A stretch of 63,240 nucleotides of DNA, filler included. It is 7 parts of 7 records of this genome, joined end to end, with 100 filler letters (N's around TTAATTAATTAA, not from the genome) between each part and the next. Parts side by side here need not be neighbours in the genome. Positions count along the whole stretch, not along the records: positions 1 to 13,507 come from SRR11831586_209; 6 more parts are not named here. One strand, written 5' to 3'. Below, one piece after another: positions 1 to 11,398 of this stretch; the stretch's first letter is position 1; each line of letters begins with the position of its first letter. Position numbers and translations under genes: made by a program. The notes beneath the pieces were generated by a model. The model saw nothing but the letters and a program-made list of their open reading frames with translations. It ran no database searches and had not been told where the DNA came from.

Positions 1-21
1 CTCGCTCCGGCGGGGTTTTTT
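1..21 (+). ncRNA. istR: 3' end/terminator of IstR-1 antitoxin sRNA (tisB/istR type I TA), truncated by window edge
   Basis: CTCGCTCCGGCGGGGTTTTTT matches the recalled IstR-1 3' terminator; lies directly upstream of ivbL as in K-12. Confidence 0.75.
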
Positions 22-41
22 GTTATCTGCAATTCAGTACA

Positions 42-63
42 AAACGTGATCAACCCCTCAATT
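42..63 (+). promoter_or_regulatory. CRP site of the ivbL-ilvBN promoter
   Basis: aaaCGTGAtcaaccCCTCAatt resembles TGTGA-N6-TCACA; known CRP site upstream of ilvB. Confidence 0.65.
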
Positions 64-150
64 TTCCCTTGCTGAAAAATTTTCCATTGTCTCCCCTGTA
101 AAGCTGTGCTTGTATAAATATTGTTAAACACAAAACCAACAAGGTCCCCA

Positions 151-249
151 ATGACTACTTCCATGCTCAACGCAAAACTACTACCAACTGCGCCATCCGC
201 CGCAGTGGTCGTCGTGCGTGTGGTGGTGGTCGTCGGCAATGCGCCGTAG
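151..249 (+). CDS. ivbL: ilvBN operon leader peptide (32 aa)
   Basis: Hand translation MTTSMLNAKLLPTAPSAAVVVVRVVVVVGNAP*; Leu-Leu and Val runs. Confidence 0.97.
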   Translation: MTTSMLNAKLLPTAPSAAVVVVRVVVVVGNAP

Positions 250-272
250 GGACTGGAACAACACACGATTCC

Positions 273-307
273 AAAACCCCGCCGGCGCAAACCGGGCGGG
301 GTTTTTC
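273..307 (+). terminator. ivbL attenuator terminator
   Basis: AAAACCCCGCCGG-cgcaaa-CCGGGCGGGGTTTTT hairpin plus T-tract between leader and ilvB. Confidence 0.9.
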
Positions 308-354
308 GTTTAAGCACCTCCCGGAAAGTCGGCCCAGAAGAAAAGGACTGGAGC

Positions 355-2043
355 ATGGCAAGTTCGGGCACAACATCGACGCGTAAGCGCTTTACCGGCG
401 CAGAATTTATCGTTCATTTCCTGGAACAGCAGGGCATTAAGATTGTGACAGGCATTCCGGGCGGTTCTATCCTGCCTGTTTACGATGCCTTAAGCCAAAG
501 CACGCAAATCCGCCATATTCTGGCCCGTCATGAACAGGGCGCGGGCTTTATCGCTCAGGGAATGGCGCGCACCGACGGTAAACCGGCGGTCTGTATGGCC
601 TGTAGCGGACCGGGTGCGACTAACCTGGTGACCGCCATTGCCGATGCGCGGCTGGACTCCATCCCGCTGATTTGCATCACTGGTCAGGTTCCCGCCTCGA
701 TGATCGGCACCGACGCCTTCCAGGAAGTGGACACCTACGGCATCTCTATCCCCATCACCAAACACAACTATCTGGTCAGACATATCGAAGAACTCCCGCA
801 GGTCATGAGCGATGCCTTCCGCATTGCGCAATCAGGCCGCCCAGGCCCGGTGTGGATAGACATTCCTAAGGATGTGCAAACGGCAGTTTTTGAGATTGAA
901 ACACAGCCCGCTATGGCAGAAAAAGCCGCCGCCCCCGCCTTTAGCGAAGAAAGCATTCGTGACGCAGCGGCGATGATTAACGCTGCCAAACGCCCGGTGC
1001 TTTATCTGGGCGGCGGTGTGATCAATGCGCCCGCACGGGTGCGTGAACTGGCGGAGAAAGCGCAACTGCCTACCACCATGACTTTAATGGCGCTGGGCAT
1101 GTTGCCAAAAGCGCATCCGTTGTCGCTGGGTATGCTGGGGATGCACGGCGTGCGCAGCACCAACTATATTTTGCAGGAGGCGGATTTGTTGATAGTGCTC
1201 GGTGCGCGTTTTGATGACCGGGCGATTGGCAAAACCGAGCAGTTCTGTCCGAATGCCAAAATCATTCATGTCGATATCGACCGTGCAGAGCTGGGTAAAA
1301 TCAAGCAGCCGCACGTGGCGATTCAGGCGGATGTTGATGACGTGCTGGCGCAGTTGATCCCGCTGGTGGAAGCGCAACCGCGTGCAGAGTGGCACCAGTT
1401 GGTAGCGGATTTGCAGCGTGAGTTTCCGTGTCCAATCCCGAAAGCGTGCGATCCGTTAAGCCATTACGGCCTGATCAACGCCGTTGCCGCCTGTGTCGAT
1501 GACAATGCAATTATCACCACCGACGTTGGTCAGCATCAGATGTGGACCGCGCAAGCTTATCCGCTCAATCGCCCACGCCAGTGGCTGACCTCCGGTGGGC
1601 TGGGCACGATGGGTTTTGGCCTGCCTGCGGCGATTGGCGCTGCGCTGGCGAACCCGGATCGCAAAGTGTTGTGTTTCTCCGGCGACGGCAGCCTGATGAT
1701 GAATATTCAGGAGATGGCGACCGCCAGTGAAAATCAGCTGGATGTCAAAATCATTCTGATGAACAACGAAGCGCTGGGGCTGGTGCATCAGCAACAGAGT
1801 CTGTTCTACGAGCAAGGCGTTTTTGCCGCCACCTATCCGGGCAAAATCAACTTTATGCAGATTGCCGCCGGATTCGGCCTCGAAACCTGTGATTTGAATA
1901 ACGAAGCCGATCCGCAGGCTTCATTGCAGGAAATCATCAATCGCCCTGGCCCGGCGCTGATCCATGTGCGCATTGATGCCGAAGAAAAAGTTTACCCGAT
2001 GGTGCCGCCAGGTGCGGCGAATACTGAAATGGTGGGGGAATAA
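355..2043 (+). CDS. ilvB: Acetohydroxyacid synthase I large subunit
   Basis: 562 aa; RHEQGA and GDGS...NN ThDP motifs. Confidence 0.98.
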   Translation: MASSGTTSTRKRFTGAEFIVHFLEQQGIKIVTGIPGGSILPVYDALSQSTQIRHILARHEQGAGFIAQGMARTDGKPAVCMACSGPGATNLVTAIADARLDSIPLICITGQVPASMIGTDAFQEVDTYGISIPITKHNYLVRHIEELPQVMSDAFRIAQSGRPGPVWIDIPKDVQTAVFEIETQPAMAEKAAAPAFSEESIRDAAAMINAAKRPVLYLGGGVINAPARVRELAEKAQLPTTMTLMALGMLPKAHPLSLGMLGMHGVRSTNYILQEADLLIVLGARFDDRAIGKTEQFCPNAKIIHVDIDRAELGKIKQPHVAIQADVDDVLAQLIPLVEAQPRAEWHQLVADLQREFPCPIPKACDPLSHYGLINAVAACVDDNAIITTDVGQHQMWTAQAYPLNRPRQWLTSGGLGTMGFGLPAAIGAALANPDRKVLCFSGDGSLMMNIQEMATASENQLDVKIILMNNEALGLVHQQQSLFYEQGVFAATYPGKINFMQIAAGFGLETCDLNNEADPQASLQEIINRPGPALIHVRIDAEEKVYPMVPPGAANTEMVGE

Positions 2044-2046
2044 GCC

Positions 2047-2337
2047 ATGCAAAACACAACTCATGACAACGTAATTCTGGAGCTCACCGTTCGCAACCAT
2101 CCGGGCGTAATGACCCACGTTTGTGGCCTTTTTGCCCGCCGCGCTTTTAACGTTGAAGGCATTCTTTGTCTGCCGATTCAGGACAGCGACAAAAGCCATA
2201 TCTGGCTACTGGTCAATGACGACCAGCGTCTGGAGCAGATGATAAGCCAAATCGATAAGCTGGAAGATGTCGTGAAAGTGCAGCGTAATCAGTCCGATCC
2301 GACGATGTTTAACAAGATCGCGGTGTTTTTTCAGTAA
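2047..2337 (+). CDS. ilvN: Acetohydroxyacid synthase I small subunit (ACT domain)
   Basis: 96 aa; NHPGVM ACT motif; follows ilvB. Confidence 0.97.
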
Positions 2338-2359
2338 CCGCTCAAGGCTTGAACAACAT

Positions 2360-2393
2360 CGCGCTTATCGTTAAGGTAAGCGCGTATTTTTTT
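2360..2393 (+). terminator. Probable intrinsic terminator after ilvN
   Basis: CGCGCTTAtc-gttaa-ggTAAGCGCG stem followed by TATTTTTTT. Confidence 0.65.
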
Positions 2394-2411
2394 ACCCGCC
2401 AGGACAAGACC

Positions 2412-3002
2412 ATGATCACCGTTGCCCTTATAGACGATCACCTCATCGTCCGCTCCGGCTTTGCGCAGCTGCTGGGGCTGGAACCTGATTTGCAGGTAGT
2501 TGCCGAGTTTGGTTCGGGGCGCGAGGCGCTGGCGGGGCTGCCGGGGCGCGGTGTGCAGGTGTGTATTTGCGATATCTCCATGCCCGATATCTCCGGTCTG
2601 GAGCTGCTAAGCCAGCTGCCGAAAGGTATGACGACGATTATGCTCTCCGTTCACGACAGTCCTGCGCTGGTTGAGCAGGCGCTTAACGCGGGGGCACGCG
2701 GCTTTCTTTCCAAACGCTGTAGCCCGGATGAACTCATTGCTGCGGTGCATACGGTTGCCACGGGCGGCTGTTATCTGACGCCGGATATTGCCATTAAACT
2801 GGCATCCGGTCGTCAGGACCCGCTAACCAAACGTGAACGCCAGGTGGCGGAAAAACTGGCGCAAGGAATGGCGGTGAAAGAGATTGCCGCCGAACTGGGC
2901 TTGTCACCGAAAACGGTACACGTCCATCGCGCCAATCTGATGGAAAAACTGGGCGTCAGTAACGACGTAGAGCTGGCGCGCCGCATGTTTGATGGCTGGT
3001 GA
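2412..3002 (+). CDS. uhpA: Response regulator (REC + LuxR HTH)
   Basis: 196 aa from ATG 2412 (AGGA RBS); [17 protein letters not shown] motifs. Confidence 0.97.
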
Positions 3003-4504
3003 TGAAGACGTTGTTCTCCCGCTTAATTACCGTTATTGCCTGCTTTTTTATCTTCTCTGCCGCATGGTTTTGCCTGTGGAGTATCAGCCTGCATCTGGTT
3101 GAGCGCCCTGATATGGCGGTGCTGTTATTTCCGTTTGGTCTGCGTCTGGGGCTAATGCTGCAATGCCCGCGCGGATACTGGCCCGTATTGCTGGGCGCGG
3201 AGTGGCTGCTGATTTACTGGCTAACGCAGGCGGTCGGTTTAACCCATTTTCCGTTATTGATGATCGGTAGTTTACTGACGTTACTGCCCGTAGCGCTGAT
3301 CTCGCGCTATCGCCATCAGCGTGACTGGCGCACCTTGCTGTTACAGGGGGCGGCGTTAACGGCGGCGGCGTTGTTGCAGTCGCTGCCCTGGCTTTGGCAC
3401 GGCAAAGAGTCGTGGAATGCGCTGTTGCTGACTTTAACTGGCGGCCTGACGCTGGCCCCGATATGTCTGGTGTTCTGGCACTATCTCGCCAATAACACCT
3501 GGCTGCCGCTCGGTCCGTCACTGGTTTCTCAGCCAATCAACTGGCGCGGGCGACATCTGGTCTGGTACTTGCTGCTGTTTGTTATCAGTCTCTGGCTCCA
3601 GTTGGGATTGCCGGACGAACTGTCGCGCTTTACGCCATTCTGTCTGGCGCTGCCGATTATCGCGCTGGCCTGGCACTATGGTTGGCAAGGGGCGCTGATT
3701 GCGACGTTGATGAACGCCATCGCGCTGATCGCCAGTCAAACCTGGCGCGATCATCCGGTGGATTTATTGCTCTCGCTGCTGGTGCAAAGTCTGACAGGGT
3801 TGTTGCTTGGCGCTGGCATCCAGCGGTTGCGTGAACTTAACCAGTCGCTGCAAAAGGAACTGGCGCGCAATCAGCATCTGGCTGAACGGTTGCTGGAAAC
3901 CGAAGAGAGCGTGCGCCGTGATGTGGCGCGTGAGCTGCATGATGATATCGGTCAGACCATCACTGCTATTCGTACTCAGGCGGGCATTGTTCAGCGGCTG
4001 GCGGCAGATAACGCCAGCGTGAAGCAGAGCGGGCAGCTCATCGAACAACTATCGCTGGGCGTTTACGACGCGGTGCGCCGTTTGTTGGGTCGGTTACGTC
4101 CGCGCCAGTTGGATGATCTCACCCTGGAGCAGGCCATCCGCTCACTGATGCGGGAAATGGAGCTGGAAGGGCGCGGTATTGTCAGCCATCTCGAATGGCG
4201 AATCGATGAATCAGCGTTAAGCGAAAACCAGCGCGTGACGCTGTTTCGTGTCTGCCAGGAAGGGCTGAACAACATTGTGAAACATGCTGATGCCAGCGCG
4301 GTCACCCTGCAAGGCTGGCAGCAGGATGAACGGTTGATGCTGGTTATTGAAGACGATGGCAGCGGTTTGCCGCCGGGTTCCGGGCAACAAGGTTTTGGCC
4401 TCACCGGAATGCGCGAGCGCGTAACGGCGCTGGGTGGCACATTACACATTTCCTGTCTGCACGGCACGCGTGTCAGCGTTTCTCTACCTCAACGCTATGT
4501 CTAA
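3002..4504 (+). CDS. uhpB: Sensor histidine kinase
   Basis: 500 aa; hydrophobic N-terminus, [11 protein letters not shown]-box, DDGSG; TGATG overlap with uhpA. Confidence 0.97.
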
Positions 4505-4513
4505 GGTTTGATG

Positions 4514-5833
4514 ATGTTGCCGTTTCTGAAAGCGCCTGCCGATGCGCCATTAATGACTGATAAATATGAAATTGATGCCCGCTATCGCTACTGGCGTCGG
4601 CATATTCTGCTGACCATCTGGCTGGGTTACGCGCTGTTTTACTTCACGCGGAAAAGTTTTAACGCCGCCGTACCAGAAATCCTTGCTAACGGCGTGCTCA
4701 GCCGTAGCGATATCGGCCTGTTAGCGACCCTGTTTTACATTACCTATGGCGTGTCGAAGTTTGTCTCCGGCATTGTCAGCGATCGCTCAAATGCCCGTTA
4801 TTTTATGGGGATAGGGCTTATCGCCACGGGCATTATCAACATTCTGTTTGGCTTCTCGACGTCGCTATGGGCGTTTGCCGTGCTCTGGGTGCTGAACGCC
4901 TTTTTCCAGGGCTGGGGTTCACCGGTGTGTGCGCGTCTGTTAACGGCCTGGTATTCACGTACCGAGCGCGGCGGTTGGTGGGCATTATGGAACACGGCGC
5001 ATAACGTCGGCGGCGCACTCATTCCCATTGTGATGGCAGCGGCTGCGCTGCATTACGGCTGGCGTGCCGGGATGATGATTGCTGGTTGTATGGCGATAGT
5101 CGTGGGGATTTTTCTCTGCTGGCGGCTACGCGATCGCCCGCAGGCGTTAGGTTTACCGGCGGTCGGTGAATGGCGACACGACGCGCTGGAAATTGCTCAA
5201 CAACAAGAAGGGGCAGGGTTGACGCGTAAAGAGATCCTCACCAAATATGTGTTGCTGAATCCGTATATCTGGCTGCTTTCGTTTTGCTATGTGCTGGTCT
5301 ATGTGGTCCGGGCGGCGATCAACGACTGGGGCAATTTGTATATGTCCGAGACACTGGGCGTCGATCTGGTCACGGCGAATACGGCAGTGACGATGTTTGA
5401 ACTGGGCGGATTTATCGGTGCGCTGGTAGCCGGTTGGGGCTCGGACAAATTGTTTAACGGCAACCGAGGGCCGATGAATTTGATTTTCGCCGCCGGAATT
5501 TTGCTTTCAGTCGGCTCCCTGTGGCTGATGCCATTTGCCAGCTACGTGATGCAGGCAACCTGCTTCTTCACCATTGGTTTTTTTGTCTTTGGCCCACAGA
5601 TGTTAATCGGTATGGCGGCGGCAGAGTGTTCCCACAAAGAGGCGGCAGGGGCGGCGACGGGGTTTGTCGGCTTGTTTGCTTATCTGGGGGCGTCGCTTGC
5701 TGGTTGGCCGCTGGCGAAAGTACTCGATACCTGGCACTGGAGCGGATTTTTTGTGGTTATCTCTATCGCCGCCGGGATTTCCGCACTGCTGTTACTGCCC
5801 TTTTTGAACGCCCAGACACCGCGCGAAGCGTGA
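4514..5833 (+). CDS. uhpC: MFS-type glucose-6-phosphate sensor
   Basis: ~439 aa OPA-family MFS; operon position; exact start (4511 or 4514) uncertain. Confidence 0.95.
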   Translation: MLPFLKAPADAPLMTDKYEIDARYRYWRRHILLTIWLGYALFYFTRKSFNAAVPEILANGVLSRSDIGLLATLFYITYGVSKFVSGIVSDRSNARYFMGIGLIATGIINILFGFSTSLWAFAVLWVLNAFFQGWGSPVCARLLTAWYSRTERGGWWALWNTAHNVGGALIPIVMAAAALHYGWRAGMMIAGCMAIVVGIFLCWRLRDRPQALGLPAVGEWRHDALEIAQQQEGAGLTRKEILTKYVLLNPYIWLLSFCYVLVYVVRAAINDWGNLYMSETLGVDLVTANTAVTMFELGGFIGALVAGWGSDKLFNGNRGPMNLIFAAGILLSVGSLWLMPFASYVMQATCFFTIGFFVFGPQMLIGMAAAECSHKEAAGAATGFVGLFAYLGASLAGWPLAKVLDTWHWSGFFVVISIAAGISALLLLPFLNAQTPREA

Positions 5834-5933
5834 TGCATCTCACCTTTTCACTTCATATCCGGCAAAACTAAGAAATTTTCCAGGTTTTGCCTGGACGCTA
5901 TCTCAGGCCTGATTTGCTGCTGATTTTTACAAT
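5826..5933 (+). promoter_or_regulatory. uhpT promoter: CRP site (~5826-5847), UhpA-binding inverted repeat (5861-5891), -10 TACAAT (5928-5933)
   Basis: CGTGAtgcatcTCACC; GGCAAAAC...GTTTTGCC palindrome; matches known PuhpT architecture. Confidence 0.75.
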
Positions 5934-5970
5934 GCATGCCTCACGCAGGTATTCATTTCAGGAGTAACCC

Positions 5971-7362
5971 ATGCTGGCTTTCTTAAACCAGGTTCGCAAG
6001 CCGACCCTGGACCTTCCGCTCGAAGTGCGGCGCAAAATGTGGTTCAAACCGTTCATGCAATCCTACCTGGTGGTCTTTATCGGCTACCTGACGATGTACC
6101 TGATTCGCAAGAACTTTAACATCGCGCAGAACGATATGATTTCGACCTACGGGTTGAGCATGACGCAGCTGGGGATGATCGGCCTGGGTTTCTCCATCAC
6201 TTATGGCGTGGGTAAAACGCTGGTTTCCTACTACGCCGACGGCAAAAACACCAAACAATTCCTGCCGTTCATGCTGATCCTCTCTGCTATTTGTATGCTG
6301 GGCTTCAGTGCCAGTATGGGCAGCGGCTCGGTTAGCCTGTTCCTGATGATTGCCTTCTACGCCTTAAGCGGCTTTTTCCAGAGTACCGGCGGTTCGTGCA
6401 GTTACTCCACCATCACCAAATGGACGCCGCGTCGTAAACGCGGGACATTCCTCGGTTTCTGGAATATTTCTCACAACCTTGGCGGTGCAGGCGCAGCAGG
6501 TGTGGCGCTGTTCGGGGCAAATTACCTGTTCGATGGCCATGTCATCGGCATGTTTATCTTCCCGTCGATTATCGCGCTGATTGTCGGTTTTATCGGCCTG
6601 CGTTACGGCAGCGACTCCCCGGAATCTTATGGCCTCGGCAAAGCTGAAGAACTGTTCGGCGAGGAGATCAGCGAAGAGGACAAAGAGACAGAATCTACCG
6701 ATATGACCAAGTGGCAGATCTTTGTTGAGTATGTGCTGAAAAACAAAGTGATCTGGCTGCTGTGCTTCGCCAACATTTTCCTCTATGTGGTACGTATTGG
6801 TATCGACCAGTGGTCAACCGTATACGCGTTCCAGGAACTGAAACTCTCTAAAGCGGTGGCGATTCAGGGCTTTACGCTGTTTGAAGCTGGTGCGCTGGTC
6901 GGTACGCTGCTGTGGGGCTGGCTCTCTGACCTGGCGAACGGTCGCCGTGGCCTGGTGGCCTGCATCGCGCTGGCGCTGATTATCGCCACGCTCGGTGTGT
7001 ATCAACATGCCAGTAACGAATATATCTATCTGGCTTCTCTCTTTGCGTTGGGTTTCCTGGTCTTTGGCCCGCAATTGTTGATTGGTGTGGCTGCTGTTGG
7101 CTTTGTACCTAAAAAAGCGATTGGCGCTGCCGATGGTATTAAAGGCACCTTTGCTTACCTGATTGGTGACAGCTTTGCCAAGTTAGGTCTGGGAATGATT
7201 GCCGATGGGACGCCGGTATTCGGCCTTACCGGCTGGGCAGGCACCTTCGCCGCGCTGGATATCGCCGCGATTGGTTGTATCTGCCTGATGGCGATAGTGG
7301 CGGTAATGGAAGAACGCAAAATCCGCCGCGAGAAAAAAATTCAGCAGTTGACAGTGGCATAA
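5971..7362 (+). CDS. uhpT: Hexose phosphate:Pi antiporter
   Basis: 463 aa [14 protein letters not shown] start, AGGAG RBS. Confidence 0.98.
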
Positions 7363-7376
7363 ACGTAACTGGTGAC

Positions 7377-7406
7377 TTTTGCCCGGCATGACGCCGGGCT
7401 TTTTTT
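7377..7406 (+). terminator. Terminator between convergent uhpT and adeD
   Basis: GCCCGGC-atgac-GCCGGGC followed by T7. Confidence 0.85.
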
Positions 7407-7407
7407 A

Positions 7408-9174
7408 TTATTCCGTGACTTCCAGCGTAGTGAAGGCAAACTTCTCGCCATCAAATAGCCCCTGACTGGTTAGTTTTAGCGCGGGGATCACTGGCAGAGA
7501 AAGAAACGCCATCTGAATAAACGGCTCATCGGGTAACGGACCGCATTCACGGGCGGCGGCTTTCAAGGCGTCAATTTGTTCCGCCAGCGACTGCGCCGTG
7601 TCGGTGCTCATCAGCCCGGCAATGGGTAACGGCAGATGACTTTGTACCTGGCCGTTACGTACCACGCACAGCCCGCCGCCATCCTGAATCACCTGATTGA
7701 CCGCCAGCGCCATCTCTTCGGCACTGCGACCGATCACCACAATATTATGGCTGTCATGGCTGACCGTCGCAGCCAGCGCACCTTCATTCAGTCCAAAGCC
7801 GCCAAGCAAACCACAAGCCGGAGCCAGCCGTTGCCCGTAACGCTCAAGTACGGCAATAAAGCTCACATCATCGCGATCAAAACCATTTTCGCTGTAGACG
7901 CTGGAGTGGGAGTGCGTAATCAATTCGTTATGGATGACGTCAATGACCCGATAGCGTTTTCCGGGCGTAAATTGCAGGGCAAAGTCGCTGGCGGAAACTG
8001 GCTGGCGGGCAATGGTGTTGCCATATGGCGGAGCGGATTGTGCCAGTCTCGCCGACTCTTCCGCCTGTAAGGTTTGCGCATCAATCGGCTCGCCTTTCAC
8101 CAGTACCTGCTGCACCGTGACCTTACGCGCATCGCTCAACAGGACGATATCGGCCTGCTTGCCGGGTGCCAGTAAGCCGAGGTGATTCAGACCAAAGTGG
8201 CGCGCCGTCGACCAGCTGGCGACGCGATATGCCACATGCAGCGGCACATTGTGTTGTTCGATCAGGCGGCGAATTAAGGCATCGATGTGTCCTTCATGGG
8301 CGATCTCCCACGGGTTACGGTCATCGGTACAGAGCATGCATTGCGGGCTGTTAAATTCGTTGATCAACGGTGCCAGCGCGTTGAGATTGCGGGCAGCGGA
8401 CCCTTCGCGGATCATCAACGACATGCCGAGTTGTAATTTCCGGCGTCCTTCTTCCAGCTGATAACTTTCGTGGCAGTTTTCAATACCCGCAGTAATATAG
8501 GCGTTAAGTTCTTTACCACCCAAACCCGGGCAGTGACCGTCCAGCGTCAGGTGGCGAAATGCATCCAGTTTATCGAGCAGCGCATTCTGCCCGCTAATTA
8601 CGCCAGGGTAGTCCATCATTTCTGCAAGGCCGGTAACCTGCGGATGGTCCCGCCAGGCGAGCATCTGTTCAAGGGTAAAACTGGCACCGTTAACATCGCA
8701 GCCTTCCAGGGCGGGTACGCAAGAGCTGACCTGTAAGTACTGGTTTTGCCTTGCCTGTTCGGCACAGCGGGCAAACCAGGCGAATCCGGCTTCGCCCATC
8801 ACGTTGACGATTTCATGAGGGTCGCAAATAACGGTCGTCAGGCCGCGCGGCAGGGTAGCGGTTTCAAAAGTGACCGGCGTCATCATGCTGGATTCAATAT
8901 GCAGGTGAGCATCAATAAACCCTGGCACCGCCGTTGCGCCGCGAGCATCAATCCGCTGCAAAGCCGGAGCATCAGTGTATTCTGCGCCAACACCGGCAAT
9001 GTAACGTCCTTTAATCACAATTGGGCCGGAAATTTCTCCGCCATTGATCAGGTCGAGAATAGAGACATTATCAATAATATAATCGGCAACAGCGTCGCCA
9101 CGGGAAACGGCTAACAATTCCTGGTATTCAGCCCGGCTAATGTGATGAAATTTATGGTTAATAGAATTATTCAT
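7408..9174 (-). CDS. adeD: Adenine deaminase
   Basis: 588 aa amidohydrolase; [17 protein letters not shown] motifs. Confidence 0.96.
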
Positions 9175-9348
9175 ATTTTTCTCATTTTGATTTTATCAAT
9201 TTGATTATTATTTATCATAAAGAAACGTCGCGAGATTATTAAAGAATATCCATTAATGTGCAATTGAAATGTGATAATTATCACTGAACCGTTGTTGTCA
9301 TTTGTTTTACAAAAGCAAGGGATTAAATCTCCTCCAATGGACAAAAAA

Positions 9349-10683
9349 ATGAATAATGACAATACCGATTACGTGAGTAATGAATCAGGGACGCTTTCGC
9401 GATTATTTAAACTACCTCAGCATGGGACCACCGTCCGCACAGAATTGATTGCGGGGATGACCACTTTTTTAACCATGGTGTACATCGTTTTTGTGAACCC
9501 GCAAATCCTCGGCGCGGCACAAATGGACCCGAAAGTGGTGTTTGTTACCACCTGTTTGATTGCCGGTATCGGCAGTATTGCGATGGGGATATTTGCTAAC
9601 TTACCCGTGGCGCTGGCTCCGGCAATGGGGCTGAACGCCTTCTTTGCCTTCGTGGTCGTGGGGGCGATGGGCATCTCCTGGCAGACCGGGATGGGCGCAA
9701 TATTCTGGGGCGCAGTTGGACTATTTTTGCTCACGCTGTTTCGTATCCGGTACTGGATGATCTCCAACATTCCCTTAAGTTTACGTATTGGTATCACCAG
9801 CGGAATTGGATTATTTATCGCCTTAATGGGATTAAAAAATACTGGCGTTATTGTCGCCAATAAAGACACGCTGGTGATGATTGGCGATTTAAGTTCTCAC
9901 GGCGTGTTGTTAGGTATTTTAGGGTTTTTTATTATAACCGTGTTGTCATCACGTCATTTTCATGCCGCGGTGCTGGTTTCTATTGTGGTGACGTCTTGCT
10001 GTGGATTATTTTTCGGTGATGTTCATTTTAGCGGCGTCTATTCCATTCCGCCTGATATTAGCGGCGTCATTGGTGAAGTAGATTTGAGCGGCGCGTTAAC
10101 ACTTGAACTCGCCGGTATCATTTTCTCCTTTATGCTGATCAACCTATTTGATTCATCAGGAACATTAATTGGTGTAACTGATAAAGCGGGCTTAATAGAT
10201 GGTAACGGTAAATTCCCCAATATGAATAAGGCGCTGTATGTTGATAGCGTCAGTTCGGTGGCGGGTGCGTTTATCGGCACCTCGTCTGTTACTGCCTATA
10301 TTGAAAGTACTTCTGGTGTGGCAGTCGGTGGCCGCACGGGGCTGACTGCGGTTGTGGTTGGCGTTATGTTCCTGTTGGTTATGTTCTTCTCACCGCTGGT
10401 GGCGATAGTTCCTCCTTACGCAACCGCCGGAGCGTTAATCTTTGTTGGCGTGCTGATGACTTCGAGCCTGGCGCGCGTTAACTGGGATGATTTTACCGAA
10501 TCGGTGCCTGCGTTTATTACCACGGTGATGATGCCCTTTACTTTCTCGATCACCGAAGGGATTGCACTCGGCTTTATGTCGTACTGCATCATGAAAGTAT
10601 GCACCGGGCGCTGGCGCGATCTGAACCTGTGTGTGGTGGTGGTCGCAGCTCTGTTTGCACTGAAGATTATTCTGGTGGATTAG
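9349..10683 (+). CDS. adeQ: Adenine permease (NCS2/AzgA family, yicO)
   Basis: 444 aa from ATG 9349; ELIAGMTTFLTM and APAMGLNAFF motifs; start uncertain (9337 possible). Confidence 0.9.
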   Translation: MNNDNTDYVSNESGTLSRLFKLPQHGTTVRTELIAGMTTFLTMVYIVFVNPQILGAAQMDPKVVFVTTCLIAGIGSIAMGIFANLPVALAPAMGLNAFFAFVVVGAMGISWQTGMGAIFWGAVGLFLLTLFRIRYWMISNIPLSLRIGITSGIGLFIALMGLKNTGVIVANKDTLVMIGDLSSHGVLLGILGFFIITVLSSRHFHAAVLVSIVVTSCCGLFFGDVHFSGVYSIPPDISGVIGEVDLSGALTLELAGIIFSFMLINLFDSSGTLIGVTDKAGLIDGNGKFPNMNKALYVDSVSSVAGAFIGTSSVTAYIESTSGVAVGGRTGLTAVVVGVMFLLVMFFSPLVAIVPPYATAGALIFVGVLMTSSLARVNWDDFTESVPAFITTVMMPFTFSITEGIALGFMSYCIMKVCTGRWRDLNLCVVVVAALFALKIILVD

Positions 10684-10735
10684 TAACTGGCGAGGGTTTC
10701 CAGATATCATGAGTTCTGATTACGCAGGAGAACTC

Positions 10736-11188
10736 ATGATCTGGATAATGCTCGCCACGCTGGCGGTAGTGTTTGTGGTTGGTTTTCGGGTGCTGACATC
10801 CGGGGCCAGAAAAGCGATTCGCCGTCTCAGCGATCGGCTGAACATCGATGTCGTACCCGTGGAGTCGATGGTCGATCAAATGGGAAAGTCAGCTGGTGAC
10901 GAATTTTTACGTTATTTGCATCGTCCGGATGAGTCGCACCTGCAAAACGCCGCGCAGGTGTTGCTCATCTGGCAAATTGTCATTGTCGATGGTAGCGAAC
11001 AGAACCTGCTGCAATGGCATCGGATTTTACAAAAAGCTCGCCTCGCCGCGCCGATTACCGACGCTCAGGTCAGGCTGGCGCTAGGTTTTCTGCGCGAAAC
11101 CGAACCTGAAATGCAGGATATTAATGCTTTTCAGATGCGCTATAACGCGTTCTTTCAGCCTGCCGAGGGCGTTCACTGGTTGCATTGA
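10736..11188 (+). CDS. yicN: Uncharacterised protein with N-terminal membrane anchor
   Basis: 150 aa from ATG after AGGAG; synteny adeQ-yicN-nepI. Confidence 0.85.
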   Translation: MIWIMLATLAVVFVVGFRVLTSGARKAIRRLSDRLNIDVVPVESMVDQMGKSAGDEFLRYLHRPDESHLQNAAQVLLIWQIVIVDGSEQNLLQWHRILQKARLAAPITDAQVRLALGFLRETEPEMQDINAFQMRYNAFFQPAEGVHWLH

Positions 11189-11262
11189 AACCGTTTCGTC
11201 TTATCAGCCTACAGACCGCGCCTGACCTGTCGGGTGGATAAGACGTTCACGCCGCATCCGGT
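11189..11262. repeat. REP/BIME element (two inverted REP-like units)
   Basis: CTTATCAGCCTAC and GGATAAGACG...GCCGCATCCGG motifs. Confidence 0.75.
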
Positions 11263-11398
11263 AATCTTTGCCCTGTTCCGTTTCGATCTTAACTCCAGCT
11301 CAAGCAACACCGTAAAAGTTGCAAAAACGTTAAATGCGTCACACATTTCAATGTTAAAGTGGTCGGCTTTTCCCCTGAAACATGCCACGGGTAACACC

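Noticed and set aside
2349-2411. N-terminal extensions in the ORF track (uhpA, nepI, proV, proX, mltB, norR, ilvE and others)
   Set aside because: The caller chose the longest upstream alternative start; downstream ATGs with RBSs give the known protein lengths.
11189-11262. REP clusters (also 24307-24380, 44804-44833) as CRISPR or IS ends
   Set aside because: Ordinary REP/BIME units; no spacer array, cas gene or transposase in the window.
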